The position numbers were made by a program, and so were the translations under genes. DNA of 64,000 nt from an uncultured virus (IMG/VR IMGVR_UViG_3300012953_000018) (taxonomy: Duplodnaviria > Heunggongvirae > Uroviricota > Caudoviricetes): IMG/VR virus record IMGVR_UViG_3300012953_000018. One strand, given 5' to 3'. Position 1 is the first letter of the stretch; each line of letters starts with the position of its first letter. The notes under the pieces were generated by a model that had not been told where the DNA came from, did no database searches, and was given only the letters and a program-made list of their open reading frames with translations. Of the stretch, positions 9,343-17,207 are shown one piece after another.

Positions 9343-9958
9343 TCCACGAACAGGTGGGACAAGTGTAGACCATGCACTAATTAAGAAGTATCCTGATGTG
9401 ATACAAATGTTTGCTCATGCATGGAAGAGTAATGTCAACGGAGAGGTTGCAAGTCCAGTGAGTGTTAAGATTAGGTCAGCACATACAGATAGACTGCCTG
9501 GCAAAGTATTAGAATATCAAAAGAAACATGCATCATATGATGAGTTGTATCCATTATACCCTGATTACAAATTTTATTCAACTGTAAGACACCCACTCAA
9601 GAGAGTAGAAAGCTGGTATAGGTTCTTCTCATGGTCAGAGACAGATGGTGTACCTTGGACACCCTATGGATTTAACGAATGGATATATAACCTATATCAC
9701 AATGATGAGACAATGATTGTACAGGATGTAGTGGACTCATCTAATTTCCATCATACACAATCCAGTTTCATAGGTGATGCAGAATGGTTCAAGTTAGAAG
9801 AAGGAACCATATGGGATGCACTAGGTATAGAAGAGAAACACCATTATGCAATACCTGATGCAGAGTTAGGTGAAGAATGGACAGCAGAATCATTAGAAAT
9901 GATGATAGACTATTACGAAGAAGACTTCGAAAGATTTGGGTACAACAAGGGGCTGTAG
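9305..9958 (+). CDS. Sulfotransferase-family protein
   Basis: HNPRTGGTS (5'-PSB-like), VRHPLKRVESWY (3'-PB-like), C-terminal YEEDFERFGY. Confidence 0.8.
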   Translation: MIYHRPKIAYLHNPRTGGTSVDHALIKKYPDVIQMFAHAWKSNVNGEVASPVSVKIRSAHTDRLPGKVLEYQKKHASYDELYPLYPDYKFYSTVRHPLKRVESWYRFFSWSETDGVPWTPYGFNEWIYNLYHNDETMIVQDVVDSSNFHHTQSSFIGDAEWFKLEEGTIWDALGIEEKHHYAIPDAELGEEWTAESLEMMIDYYEEDFERFGYNKGL

Positions 9959-10024
9959 CTCAGTAGGGAGAGCGATTGCTTTGCACGCAATAGGTCGTAG
10001 GTTCGATTCCTATCAGCTCCACCA
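9949..10024 (+). tRNA. tRNA-Ala(UGC)
   Basis: 76-nt cloverleaf GGGGCTG...CAGCTCC-ACCA, G3:U70, anticodon arm ATTGC-TT-TGC-AC-GCAAT, GGTTCGATTCC T-arm, encoded CCA. Confidence 0.97.
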
Positions 10025-10040
10025 CAAAGGAGAAAAAGAG

Positions 10041-10226
10041 TTGGAGATTTCTAAGGTAAATGGTATTGCACAAACCAGTGTAAACAAGTATACTATTGAA
10101 AAGGTATACAAAACAGGTGATGGTAAACACAAAGTAGAACAGACCATCTATTATGTCACTACATATGATAGTAATGGATTTCTACAAACGACTACTAATA
10201 GTCATAAGATAAATTATTTAATATGA
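10041..10226 (+). CDS. Hypothetical protein
   Basis: AAGGAG directly after the tRNA then TTG start; ATGA overlap with next gene. Confidence 0.6.
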   Translation: MEISKVNGIAQTSVNKYTIEKVYKTGDGKHKVEQTIYYVTTYDSNGFLQTTTNSHKINYLI

Positions 10227-10867
10227 AGAAGAACTTAAACGAACTAAAGGAAGAATCTTACCACCGTAATACGGAGAGGGAGATACATGATTTAGGAGAA
10301 CACATACTTCTATTTCAAGGGTTCTTTAGTGATCTATTTTGTAACCAATGCATAGAGACCTTCAATGCATGTGAAGAAAGAGGACTTGCATTCAGTAGAC
10401 AACAACACGACTCTGGCCCATCATCACTCTCAATAGAGGATAAAGCTGTACCAATACTCAATATACCAGCGAGTTCATTACCCATGGTCACAGAGTTACA
10501 TGATATATTCCAACAAGAGATTATACCTGAGTTTCTTAAGAAATACCCTATTGCTGACCAATATAGACACGGTATGAATCTCGGTGGTGCAAAGTTACAG
10601 AAGACAGAACCATCTCAAGGATATCATGTCTGGCATATGGAACACTCAGGTGCAATGGATAGTTACAGGTCAATATGTGCATGGGCACTATTTCTTAATG
10701 ATGTTGATGAGGGTGGTGAACTAGAATTCTTATATCAATCTAAACGAGTACAACCACGAAGAGGTGATTTCGTATTGTGGCCTGCTGGATATACCCACCA
10801 ACATAGAGGTAATCCACCTATATCAGGAACCAAGTACATATATACAGGATGGTTGGATACACTATGA
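10223..10867 (+). CDS. 2OG-Fe(II) oxygenase (prolyl 4-hydroxylase-like)
   Basis: GYHVWHME, FLNDVDEGGELEF, WPAGYTHQHRGNPPISGTKY. Confidence 0.9.
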   Translation: MKKNLNELKEESYHRNTEREIHDLGEHILLFQGFFSDLFCNQCIETFNACEERGLAFSRQQHDSGPSSLSIEDKAVPILNIPASSLPMVTELHDIFQQEIIPEFLKKYPIADQYRHGMNLGGAKLQKTEPSQGYHVWHMEHSGAMDSYRSICAWALFLNDVDEGGELEFLYQSKRVQPRRGDFVLWPAGYTHQHRGNPPISGTKYIYTGWLDTL

Positions 10868-11388
10868 CACCAAGATACTTTACAGAGAAATGTACATACG
10901 CACATATACCTCGACTCATAGAGATGCAAGAGATAGAAGCAGCTGGTTCAGAATTAAGTCATACTGTTAGAACTGTAAAAGAATGGGAACATATCATTGA
11001 TACCTATGAACATGCAGAAATATATCATGACAAACAGAATGATGATTTCTATTTTGGATACATGATAGCTGCACAGGTACAGAATAGTATATGGATTAGA
11101 GAGATATACAATCATGCTGATTACAGAGGGGCAGGATTTAAAGAATTAAGTAACTGGGACGATAATAGACCAGTAAGAAAGATGGTAATGAAAGCACATG
11201 AACTAGGTGGAATCTGTATTGCACCAGTCAGTGCAAATAATAAGATTGCAATAGGTGCTATAACTCATGCATATAATTTCAGAGTTGATAGAGAAATAGA
11301 GGATTGGTATGGAGCGGGTAACAACCTTGCAATATGTATAGAAGATACTGGAACAGAAATGTATACATACCATGACCCAAAAGTTTAG
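10864..11388 (+). CDS. Putative GNAT acetyltransferase (RimI-like, divergent)
   Basis: HADYRGAGF (motif A-like), VSANNKIAI, REIEDWYGAGNN. Confidence 0.5.
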   Translation: MTPRYFTEKCTYAHIPRLIEMQEIEAAGSELSHTVRTVKEWEHIIDTYEHAEIYHDKQNDDFYFGYMIAAQVQNSIWIREIYNHADYRGAGFKELSNWDDNRPVRKMVMKAHELGGICIAPVSANNKIAIGAITHAYNFRVDREIEDWYGAGNNLAICIEDTGTEMYTYHDPKV

Positions 11389-11596
11389 ATTTAAAGATAT
11401 ACACGACAAACTATTTCAGGCTGAACAGAGAGTGGAATATAGGTCGCTGACCAGCGATAAAATACACAACAGAATTGTTACTGTTCCTCGCAAGTTTCAG
11501 AACTCAGATTCAGATAAAATTATAGTGTGGGATGTGGTGTTAAATAGTTGGCACGATATCCAAATTGATACGATTATATCAATAGAGGATGTCTAA
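11372..11596 (+). CDS. Small SH3/WYL-like protein
   Basis: IIVWDVVLNSWHDIQIDTI resembles the VWD..WRSF motif of phage WYL-like proteins. Confidence 0.5.
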   Translation: MTQKFRFKDIHDKLFQAEQRVEYRSLTSDKIHNRIVTVPRKFQNSDSDKIIVWDVVLNSWHDIQIDTIISIEDV

Positions 11597-11603
11597 ATAC
11601 TAA

Positions 11604-11663
11604 TGTGACATTTATGTGACAAGAACGAGTAGGGAAACCGAAGGTCAGTCACGGATGGTCACA
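11604..11663 (+). ncRNA. Candidate cis-regulatory RNA with loop-E (AGUA/GAA) and GNRA hairpin
   Basis: TGTGAC/GTCACA and GTGAC/GTCAC stems enclosing AGTA-GG-GAAA-CC-GAA. Confidence 0.5.
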
Positions 11664-11683
11664 AACAAAACTAGGAGATAAAA

Positions 11684-11800
11684 ATGCGTAAATTTGCATC
11701 ATTGTCTGCCGAGTATCTAAAGACATTCGCAGACAAAACACATAGACTTATGAAGAGTGGAAGATTATCTAATGTAATCAAAGCCACGGGTATTGCATAA
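11684..11800 (+). CDS. 38-aa basic peptide (not in ORF track)
   Basis: SD AGGAG; MRKFASLSAEYLKTFADKIHRLMKSGRLSNVIKATGIA*. Confidence 0.65.
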   Translation: MRKFASLSAEYLKTFADKTHRLMKSGRLSNVIKATGIA

Positions 11801-11891
11801 TACCACCTTGAAAATATACGGCTTTGGTGTTATACTAAATATATCAAAGTCGTATAACTAATTAAATTATGGAGTGAAATAAAAATTAATT

Positions 11892-12785
11892 ATGGCAGTT
11901 TCGAATATTTACATTTATTGTGGAGAAGGTGGTTGGTCTGTTGATGATGTCAACCGTCTTACAGATAGTTTATCCATCGCCCGTGTTTGGGAATCACATG
12001 ATGGAATATCACTAACCAGTCTTACCGTTCTTACAGAAGAGGACGAGTCATTATTTTACAAACAAGCTACTATATCACCTCTTCGTAAGGAATATAATGG
12101 GTTTTGGAATATTGCAAATTGTTTCCAACAAGGGTTCTTAGATAACCATGCAGAAGATAAAATCCTTATTCTACCACAACCAACTGTAGGTCTTGACCTA
12201 ATCGGTATTCCTATTCTAGAAGGTGTTCCTGAGAGAGGTAGTCTAGAGAATGCACCCAAAGGTTCAACAGAAGAGGATAAAGAATTAGTCAAAATGGAAC
12301 AACTATATCCTATACAACAATGGGATAACTGGTGGAATGATGAGACTGATATGTCACCTAACTGGATAGGCATGGCAGCGAGTACAGGACGATTCTTTTA
12401 TAAAGAAATAACAGATAACCTTGACACCATATACGAGGATTATGATCCAACTAATTATGGACTACAACAATTTATTGAGTGTGAACTAGAACCACAATTA
12501 TTTTGGTTGAATCACCCACATGGTATCAATGCACCATATCACATAGGACATACAGAGACCCAACTAGAAAGAAATGATATATGGGAAGCGGTTGTTCGTC
12601 CACACTTTCAAAATACTGATGATGGATATGGCTGGAGAGGACTCGGTGGTGATGAAGAATCACTTGCATTCGAACAAGACCATGAATATCGTACACTATC
12701 AAGACAGATTTCTTTCGTAACCTTTGAAGGTGATACATCAGAAGCTGAAAAGGATGAGTATTGCAGATGGTGGATACTTCCTTAA
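11892..12785 (+). CDS. Acidic hypothetical protein, possibly degenerate glycosyltransferase fold
   Basis: N-terminus DDVNRL...LTVLTE...GFWNIANCF resembles phage GT-A proteins but lacks DxD; promoter TTGAAA-17-TATACT at 11808-11836. Confidence 0.55.
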   Translation: MAVSNIYIYCGEGGWSVDDVNRLTDSLSIARVWESHDGISLTSLTVLTEEDESLFYKQATISPLRKEYNGFWNIANCFQQGFLDNHAEDKILILPQPTVGLDLIGIPILEGVPERGSLENAPKGSTEEDKELVKMEQLYPIQQWDNWWNDETDMSPNWIGMAASTGRFFYKEITDNLDTIYEDYDPTNYGLQQFIECELEPQLFWLNHPHGINAPYHIGHTETQLERNDIWEAVVRPHFQNTDDGYGWRGLGGDEESLAFEQDHEYRTLSRQISFVTFEGDTSEAEKDEYCRWWILP

Positions 12786-13360
12786 AAACACATAGTAAAT
12801 ATTCTAATTTCCTTACACCCAAAGAATGTGAAGAAATAATATCTATAATCAATAGATATAAAGACACTGTACCACAACTCGGAGAAGATGAGACAGGATA
12901 TAGTGGTCTTACATCAGGGTACATGCATTACAATTGGCTGAATAATACTGAGATAGGTAAATATAATATTGAGAAACGCTTATTTAATTTACCTGAACTC
13001 AAAGACTGGGAATATTTAATTCTACAATGCTGGTGTAATGAACTCCATGTAGGTGACAATCTAGATATACACTATCATGACACATCCCTAGACAACGAAA
13101 TATTCCGAAGACGAACATTCTATAGTGCAAATATATTCCTGAGTGGTGAATTTAATGAGACATGGTATGAAGACATAGGTTATGTAAACAATGAGGTAGG
13201 TGATATACACATCTTTCCAAGTAACCTAGACCATGAAGTATATCCCAATACAGGAAACGACACTCGATATAGCATGGCAATCGACATACATCCCTCATGG
13301 TTAAGGGGAGGAGATAAGATGACTAACTTACATAGATGGAGAGTAGTAAAGAATGCATAA
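12761..13360 (+). CDS. 2OG-Fe(II) oxygenase
   Basis: SNFLTPKECEEII, HYHD, IFPSNLDHEV, RYSMA. Confidence 0.8.
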   Translation: MQMVDTSLKTHSKYSNFLTPKECEEIISIINRYKDTVPQLGEDETGYSGLTSGYMHYNWLNNTEIGKYNIEKRLFNLPELKDWEYLILQCWCNELHVGDNLDIHYHDTSLDNEIFRRRTFYSANIFLSGEFNETWYEDIGYVNNEVGDIHIFPSNLDHEVYPNTGNDTRYSMAIDIHPSWLRGGDKMTNLHRWRVVKNA

Positions 13361-13958
13361 GGGATATGAAGGTGATTGTGTAGAGATAATGCCTACTCTA
13401 GAGGAAACACCACAACTTATTATATGTGATGGCCCATTTGGTTTTCGTATGAATCCAATAGAAGAAGGCGGTACAGGAGAGGTAATAGGAACTAAATGGT
13501 TTGATATCTGTTGTGATATAGTAGACTCTAATGGTACTATTGCAGTATTCGTACCTACTACATGTCTACAAACCTATCATTATACTAATATGTGTAATAA
13601 AAGACATCTATCATCTACTCTCACATGGACACATAATGGATGGAATGACATCGAGCGAGGTACAGACTCCACAGACGAGACCCGCCGATATACATCAAAT
13701 ATACTCATATTCGGACAAACGGATATACGACCTGAATATATCGGACACTACCCAATAGAAGAACTCACATATCACCCACATCAAAAGCCAGTAGGTACAT
13801 ATCAATATCTCATAGACAACTATAGTAAGGACGGAGACACCATACTTGATCCATTTGCTGGGAGTGGAATATGTGCAAAAGCGTGTACTAATAGGAACTA
13901 TATTGCAATAGACTTTGATATAGAACCATTCAATAGGGTACAATCCACCTTAGTATAG
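13353..13958 (+). CDS. N6/N4 DNA methyltransferase-like protein (beta arrangement)
   Basis: ICDGPF (motif IV variant), HPHQKP, ILDPFAGSG (motif I). Confidence 0.75.
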   Translation: MHKGYEGDCVEIMPTLEETPQLIICDGPFGFRMNPIEEGGTGEVIGTKWFDICCDIVDSNGTIAVFVPTTCLQTYHYTNMCNKRHLSSTLTWTHNGWNDIERGTDSTDETRRYTSNILIFGQTDIRPEYIGHYPIEELTYHPHQKPVGTYQYLIDNYSKDGDTILDPFAGSGICAKACTNRNYIAIDFDIEPFNRVQSTLV

Positions 13959-13980
13959 ACTAATACGAGACCCACGGTCT

Positions 13981-14235
13981 TACCTCAGAATCCCTCTAAA
14001 TGCCTCTAAGAACCTCTGTATGGGGTGCTAATACCCGCTTTGAATATAATTCGGAGGTAGTGCAGAGGTATATTAATATAATTCGTATATACGATCTAAG
14101 AGAATGCAGAATATAATAGAATTTGTGTACTAGAGGAATACTGTGCGAAAAATGCCTTTTGGTGCTGTTGTTCGGGGAGGCAAACCACATATTTATTTTG
14201 GAGTCAAGGCGGGTCGGAGGGTAATCGGAGGTATA
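13981..14235. repeat. Non-coding block with phased CCTC/GAGG and AATATAAT repeats (candidate origin or packaging region)
   Basis: CCTC at 13983, 13993, 14003, 14013; AATATAAT at 14043, 14075, 14110; TCGGAGG three times. Confidence 0.5.
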
Positions 14236-14255
14236 GCCTGGTGGCTGAGAGAGCC

Positions 14256-14285
14256 TTGACAATGGGCCGGGCTTTATACTATACT
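14256..14285 (+). promoter_or_regulatory. sigma70-like early promoter
   Basis: GCC-TTGACA-18-TATACT. Confidence 0.85.
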
Positions 14286-14291
14286 AGCTAT

Positions 14292-14420
14292 GTACTGATG
14301 GAAAAGGAGACTGATTTAATGAACTGACCAAGGTAACGGTAGAGGGGTCATGAAAAAACCGAAAAGGCCCCACGGATAACCAAGAAGGGAACCTCGCGAG
14401 TTCGGCCTTCTTGTATCTGT
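14292..14420 (+). ncRNA. Candidate small RNA with minigene and long 3' hairpin
   Basis: Lies between two promoters; ACGGATA/TATCTGT and CAAGAAGG/CCTTCTTG stems. Confidence 0.45.
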
Positions 14421-14473
14421 ACTATACTAACTACTATGATATACACGCCAGACTCATTCATATAGGGAAAACC

Positions 14474-14503
14474 TTGACAATGGGTCTGGCTTTTTGTTAT
14501 ACT
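14474..14503 (+). promoter_or_regulatory. sigma70-like early promoter
   Basis: CC-TTGACA-18-TATACT. Confidence 0.85.
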
Positions 14504-14509
14504 ATAGAT

Positions 14510-14743
14510 GTGGGAATTTATATAAAACAAGGTATTTCAGGCGTTTTACTTAACGGTGATCCTGTTCAGATACCTTTCAACAGCTATCAAATGGTCTTAG
14601 CGAACGATAAAAACCCTGAGTCTATGAATAAATCATGGGATATGGTCTGTGATATATGTGTAGATAATGGCTTTATCGACCCGCGAGGACAGATGAATAT
14701 CGATTACATATACATAAATGGCCTTGCAAAAAGGTTTCACTAA
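14510..14743 (+). CDS. Hypothetical protein, probably leaderless
   Basis: GTG 6 nt after the -10 box, in frame with track ORF 14411..14743. Confidence 0.65.
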   Translation: MGIYIKQGISGVLLNGDPVQIPFNSYQMVLANDKNPESMNKSWDMVCDICVDNGFIDPRGQMNIDYIYINGLAKRFH

Positions 14744-14752
14744 TGGTATAAT
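14724..14752 (+). promoter_or_regulatory. sigma70-like early promoter
   Basis: GGCC-TTGCAA-17-TATAAT with TG extension. Confidence 0.75.
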
Positions 14753-14758
14753 GTGCTA

Positions 14759-14892
14759 TAAGAAACGGAATTGACCAGTACATATGTCCGTGGATTGCAA
14801 TAACTGTTAAGGTACTGGGGTTGGTTATCACCGAGACTACCCGTGTGGGAATGAGATAGGCCCACAAACCCTTATAGCTCGGGCCTCTCAAG
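14759..14892 (+). ncRNA. Candidate structured small RNA
   Basis: Between promoters, no + strand ORF in track; CCAGTAC/GTACTGG, TGTGGG/CCCACA, CCGAG/CTCGG stems. Confidence 0.5.
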
Positions 14893-14896
14893 GGCC

Positions 14897-14926
14897 TTGA
14901 CAAGAGGCACGCGTTTGTGATATAAT
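14897..14926 (+). promoter_or_regulatory. sigma70-like early promoter
   Basis: GGGCC-TTGACA-18-TATAAT. Confidence 0.85.
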
Positions 14927-14932
14927 GGAAAG

Positions 14933-15140
14933 TTTATACGAAATTTGGAGTATTGATACTAAGATAATCAATATAGATAGGAGCCATAACTTGGAGAAGA
15001 GGACAGAAGCGCCTCTGAGGATTCGTGAAGCCATCTCTAAGGCGACCAAGTTAGAGGGCCAAGGTCATATAATAGAACTCAGAAAGGTCTCGTAGCAGCC
15101 TGCAAAACAGTGTTATGGGACTCCTATAGAAAATCTATTC
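14933..15140 (+). ncRNA. Candidate ~200-nt multibranched structured RNA
   Basis: ATAGGAG-CCATAAC 14977-14990 pairs with GTTATGG-ga-CTCCTAT 15112-15127; internal TTGGAGA/TCTCTAA and AGAGG/CCTCT. Confidence 0.55.
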
Positions 15141-15229
15141 CGCCTCAACGCCCCCCCATCTAGCCTTCAGAACGGTATAAGTAATCCATCGGAAAATTTT
15201 TTTTGGGTAAAATTTAGGAGCTATACCTC

Positions 15230-15328
15230 ATGAGAGACAGAGATAAATGGCAATGGTTTATAGAGATAGTCGGCTTACTCACATGTTTCTTTATTACAGT
15301 TAACATTATTATAGGATGGTTGTATTGA
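15230..15328 (+). CDS. 32-aa single-TM peptide (not in ORF track)
   Basis: SD AGGAG; MRDRDKWQWFIEIVGLLTCFFITVNIIIGWLY*. Confidence 0.5.
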   Translation: MRDRDKWQWFIEIVGLLTCFFITVNIIIGWLY

Positions 15329-15747
15329 AATCTATTACTATTAGTGGCCCAAACGGTGGTCATGTTCGTGACAATGATAAAATATTTAAGTTTACTTGCA
15401 TGGTCTCAGAGATCATAAACCTTACTCTACACCCTATAGAGTTACATATTATAGTTCACCCTACATATATTCGTCATTACCCTGACGCTATGGGGTTGTG
15501 TTATGAGAAGGATGAGAATGTGGTTGAGATACACCTAGCTCGTAAGTGTATAGAGGGGTCTACGGAAGGGGTTGGTCTAATCCCTAATGACATCTATCAT
15601 ACCCTTACTCATGAACTATTACACGCTCGTCAAACCTGTCTAGGTGAGAGGATGTTAGAGCGTCCCGTCAGACGAAATGAAGACTTTATCTACGAACTTG
15701 CAAAGGAGAAACAGAGACATGAAAAAAATCATGTATGTAGATTATAA
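15316..15747 (+). CDS. HExxH metallopeptidase-like protein
   Basis: DAMGLC..VEIHL, TLTHELLHARQ. Confidence 0.7.
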   Translation: MVVLKSITISGPNGGHVRDNDKIFKFTCMVSEIINLTLHPIELHIIVHPTYIRHYPDAMGLCYEKDENVVEIHLARKCIEGSTEGVGLIPNDIYHTLTHELLHARQTCLGERMLERPVRRNEDFIYELAKEKQRHEKNHVCRL

Positions 15748-16027
15748 TTTTGAAACCCAAGAACCTCAATCAATTGTATTTGATAAAGAGTTAAACTGTA
15801 CTGAATTTATGGAGACTCATAATCTCAGCGACGGTCAGATGTGTATGCTAAAGAATGTGGATGGTCGTCTCGTTCTGTGGATTACCGACTTCGTTGAAAG
15901 AGACTCAGTACAACAATTGTCTTTTGACTTTGAACAAGCACTAGATGCAAAGATGGAAACCGATACCCTTGATACTTATCACTATGATAGGTCTCTTGCA
16001 TCGATTCTCTATAGTAATAAGGACTAA
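15719..16027 (+). CDS. Hypothetical protein
   Basis: ORF with AAGGAG upstream of ATG 15719. Confidence 0.65.
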   Translation: MKKIMYVDYNFETQEPQSIVFDKELNCTEFMETHNLSDGQMCMLKNVDGRLVLWITDFVERDSVQQLSFDFEQALDAKMETDTLDTYHYDRSLASILYSNKD

Positions 16028-16068
16028 ACCCCCTTGTATTACTGGGGGTCTTGTAGTATAATGAGTAT

Positions 16069-16386
16069 ATGAAAAATAAATTATTTGACGAAAAAGAAAA
16101 GAAAGTCAATCCTAAACTGAATAGTCCAAGGATTCTAAAGTCAGCGACACCCAAGTATACCGTGGACTGGTATCTTAAGTGGGTTGCATCTGTCTTTATA
16201 CTATCCGCTTTGTCCATGAGAGGTATCGATGGATTTATCTTTTATGATTTAATCCTATCGATAGTCGGCATTGCATTATGGCTAGTTGTATCCGTACTAT
16301 GGAAAGATAGAGCATTGATTCTTCTTAATGGTGTCGGTTTATTATTTCTATTGAGAAATTTATTTGAGGTATTAAGCAGTGTATGA
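16069..16386 (+). CDS. Small multi-pass membrane protein
   Basis: DWYLKWVASVFIL...LWKDRALILLN, three TM helices; promoter TTGTAT-17-TATAAT at 16034-16062. Confidence 0.75.
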   Translation: MKNKLFDEKEKKVNPKLNSPRILKSATPKYTVDWYLKWVASVFILSALSMRGIDGFIFYDLILSIVGIALWLVVSVLWKDRALILLNGVGLLFLLRNLFEVLSSV

Positions 16387-16654
16387 TACATCCGAACAAG
16401 GTCAGAGACAATATCGTAGAGTCGTAGGACTCATATGGGGATTATATATTCTCATACCCGTTATGTTTTTAATGATGGGTTGTTCTGTATTAGAACCATC
16501 ACACGATTGTGAAATACTGGGTGGTGATTCTGTCAATGGATTTGAGGTTGGTTGTCCTGAGTATCGACAAGACCCGATTAAACATGAGGAACAGGAATAT
16601 CTTAATCGATGTAAGAACCCATTGAATGATGAAGAGTGTGTATTAGTCGCATGA
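16379..16654 (+). CDS. Putative membrane protein or lipoprotein
   Basis: Hydrophobic segment ending MMGC; Cys-rich tail. Confidence 0.55.
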   Translation: MYDTSEQGQRQYRRVVGLIWGLYILIPVMFLMMGCSVLEPSHDCEILGGDSVNGFEVGCPEYRQDPIKHEEQEYLNRCKNPLNDEECVLVA

Positions 16655-16733
16655 GTTTCCTAGAAATACTTTGTACTCTCGTAGTCTTAGGACTGATGAT
16701 ATACATTTGGAATGATAATAACCGTTGGCCTAA

Positions 16734-17207
16734 ATGAATTATAAAAGGATAGATAATTTTCTCCCTGATGAGTTGCATCAGAGTATTGTGAATTATCCTA
16801 CCCCTTATTATTATCGTAAAGGTCTATCCTATGAGTGGGATGATGGATACGCTTTTGGTGTATGCATCTTTGACTTGCACAATGACTTTGATACTCATTT
16901 GTTTAATGACTTGGGTATGCCTTTGGTCAGTCGATTGGAATGCACTGGGTTGTTACATGCAAAGGTCAATTGTTATCCAAGGACTGCAGAGCCAGTCATG
17001 AGTTCATTTCATTGTGACCATGAGTTTGACCACATGGTTGGATTGTACAGTGTGAATACCTGTAATGGTTATACAGAGTTTGAGGATGGAGACACAGCTG
17101 ACAGTATTGCAAACAGTATGGTTATCTTTGATGGTAAACTAAAGCATCGTTCAGTCAGTCAAACAGATGAGAACATAAGAGTCAACATAAACATTAATTA
17201 CCTATGA
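16734..17207 (+). CDS. 2OG-Fe(II) oxygenase
   Basis: IDNFLP, FHCD, NTCNGYTEF, FDGKLKHRS, RVNININY. Confidence 0.85.
   Translation: MNYKRIDNFLPDELHQSIVNYPTPYYYRKGLSYEWDDGYAFGVCIFDLHNDFDTHLFNDLGMPLVSRLECTGLLHAKVNCYPRTAEPVMSSFHCDHEFDHMVGLYSVNTCNGYTEFEDGDTADSIANSMVIFDGKLKHRSVSQTDENIRVNININYL

Noticed and set aside
9936..10040. N-terminal part of track ORF 9936..10226
   Set aside because: It is the tRNA-Ala read as protein; the likely start is TTG 10041
14043..14120. AATATAAT(TCG) repeats at 32-35 bp spacing as a mini-CRISPR array
   Set aside because: Repeats are only 8-11 nt, degenerate and three in number; no cas genes in the window
14411..14509. N-terminal extension of track ORF 14411..14743
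   Set aside because: Spans a hairpin and the promoter at 14474; GTG 14510 fits better
14933..15140. tmRNA, 6S or RNase P identity for the structured RNA
   Set aside because: No tRNA-like ends or tag ORF, no clear single rod with central bubble, no RNase P P4 signature visible
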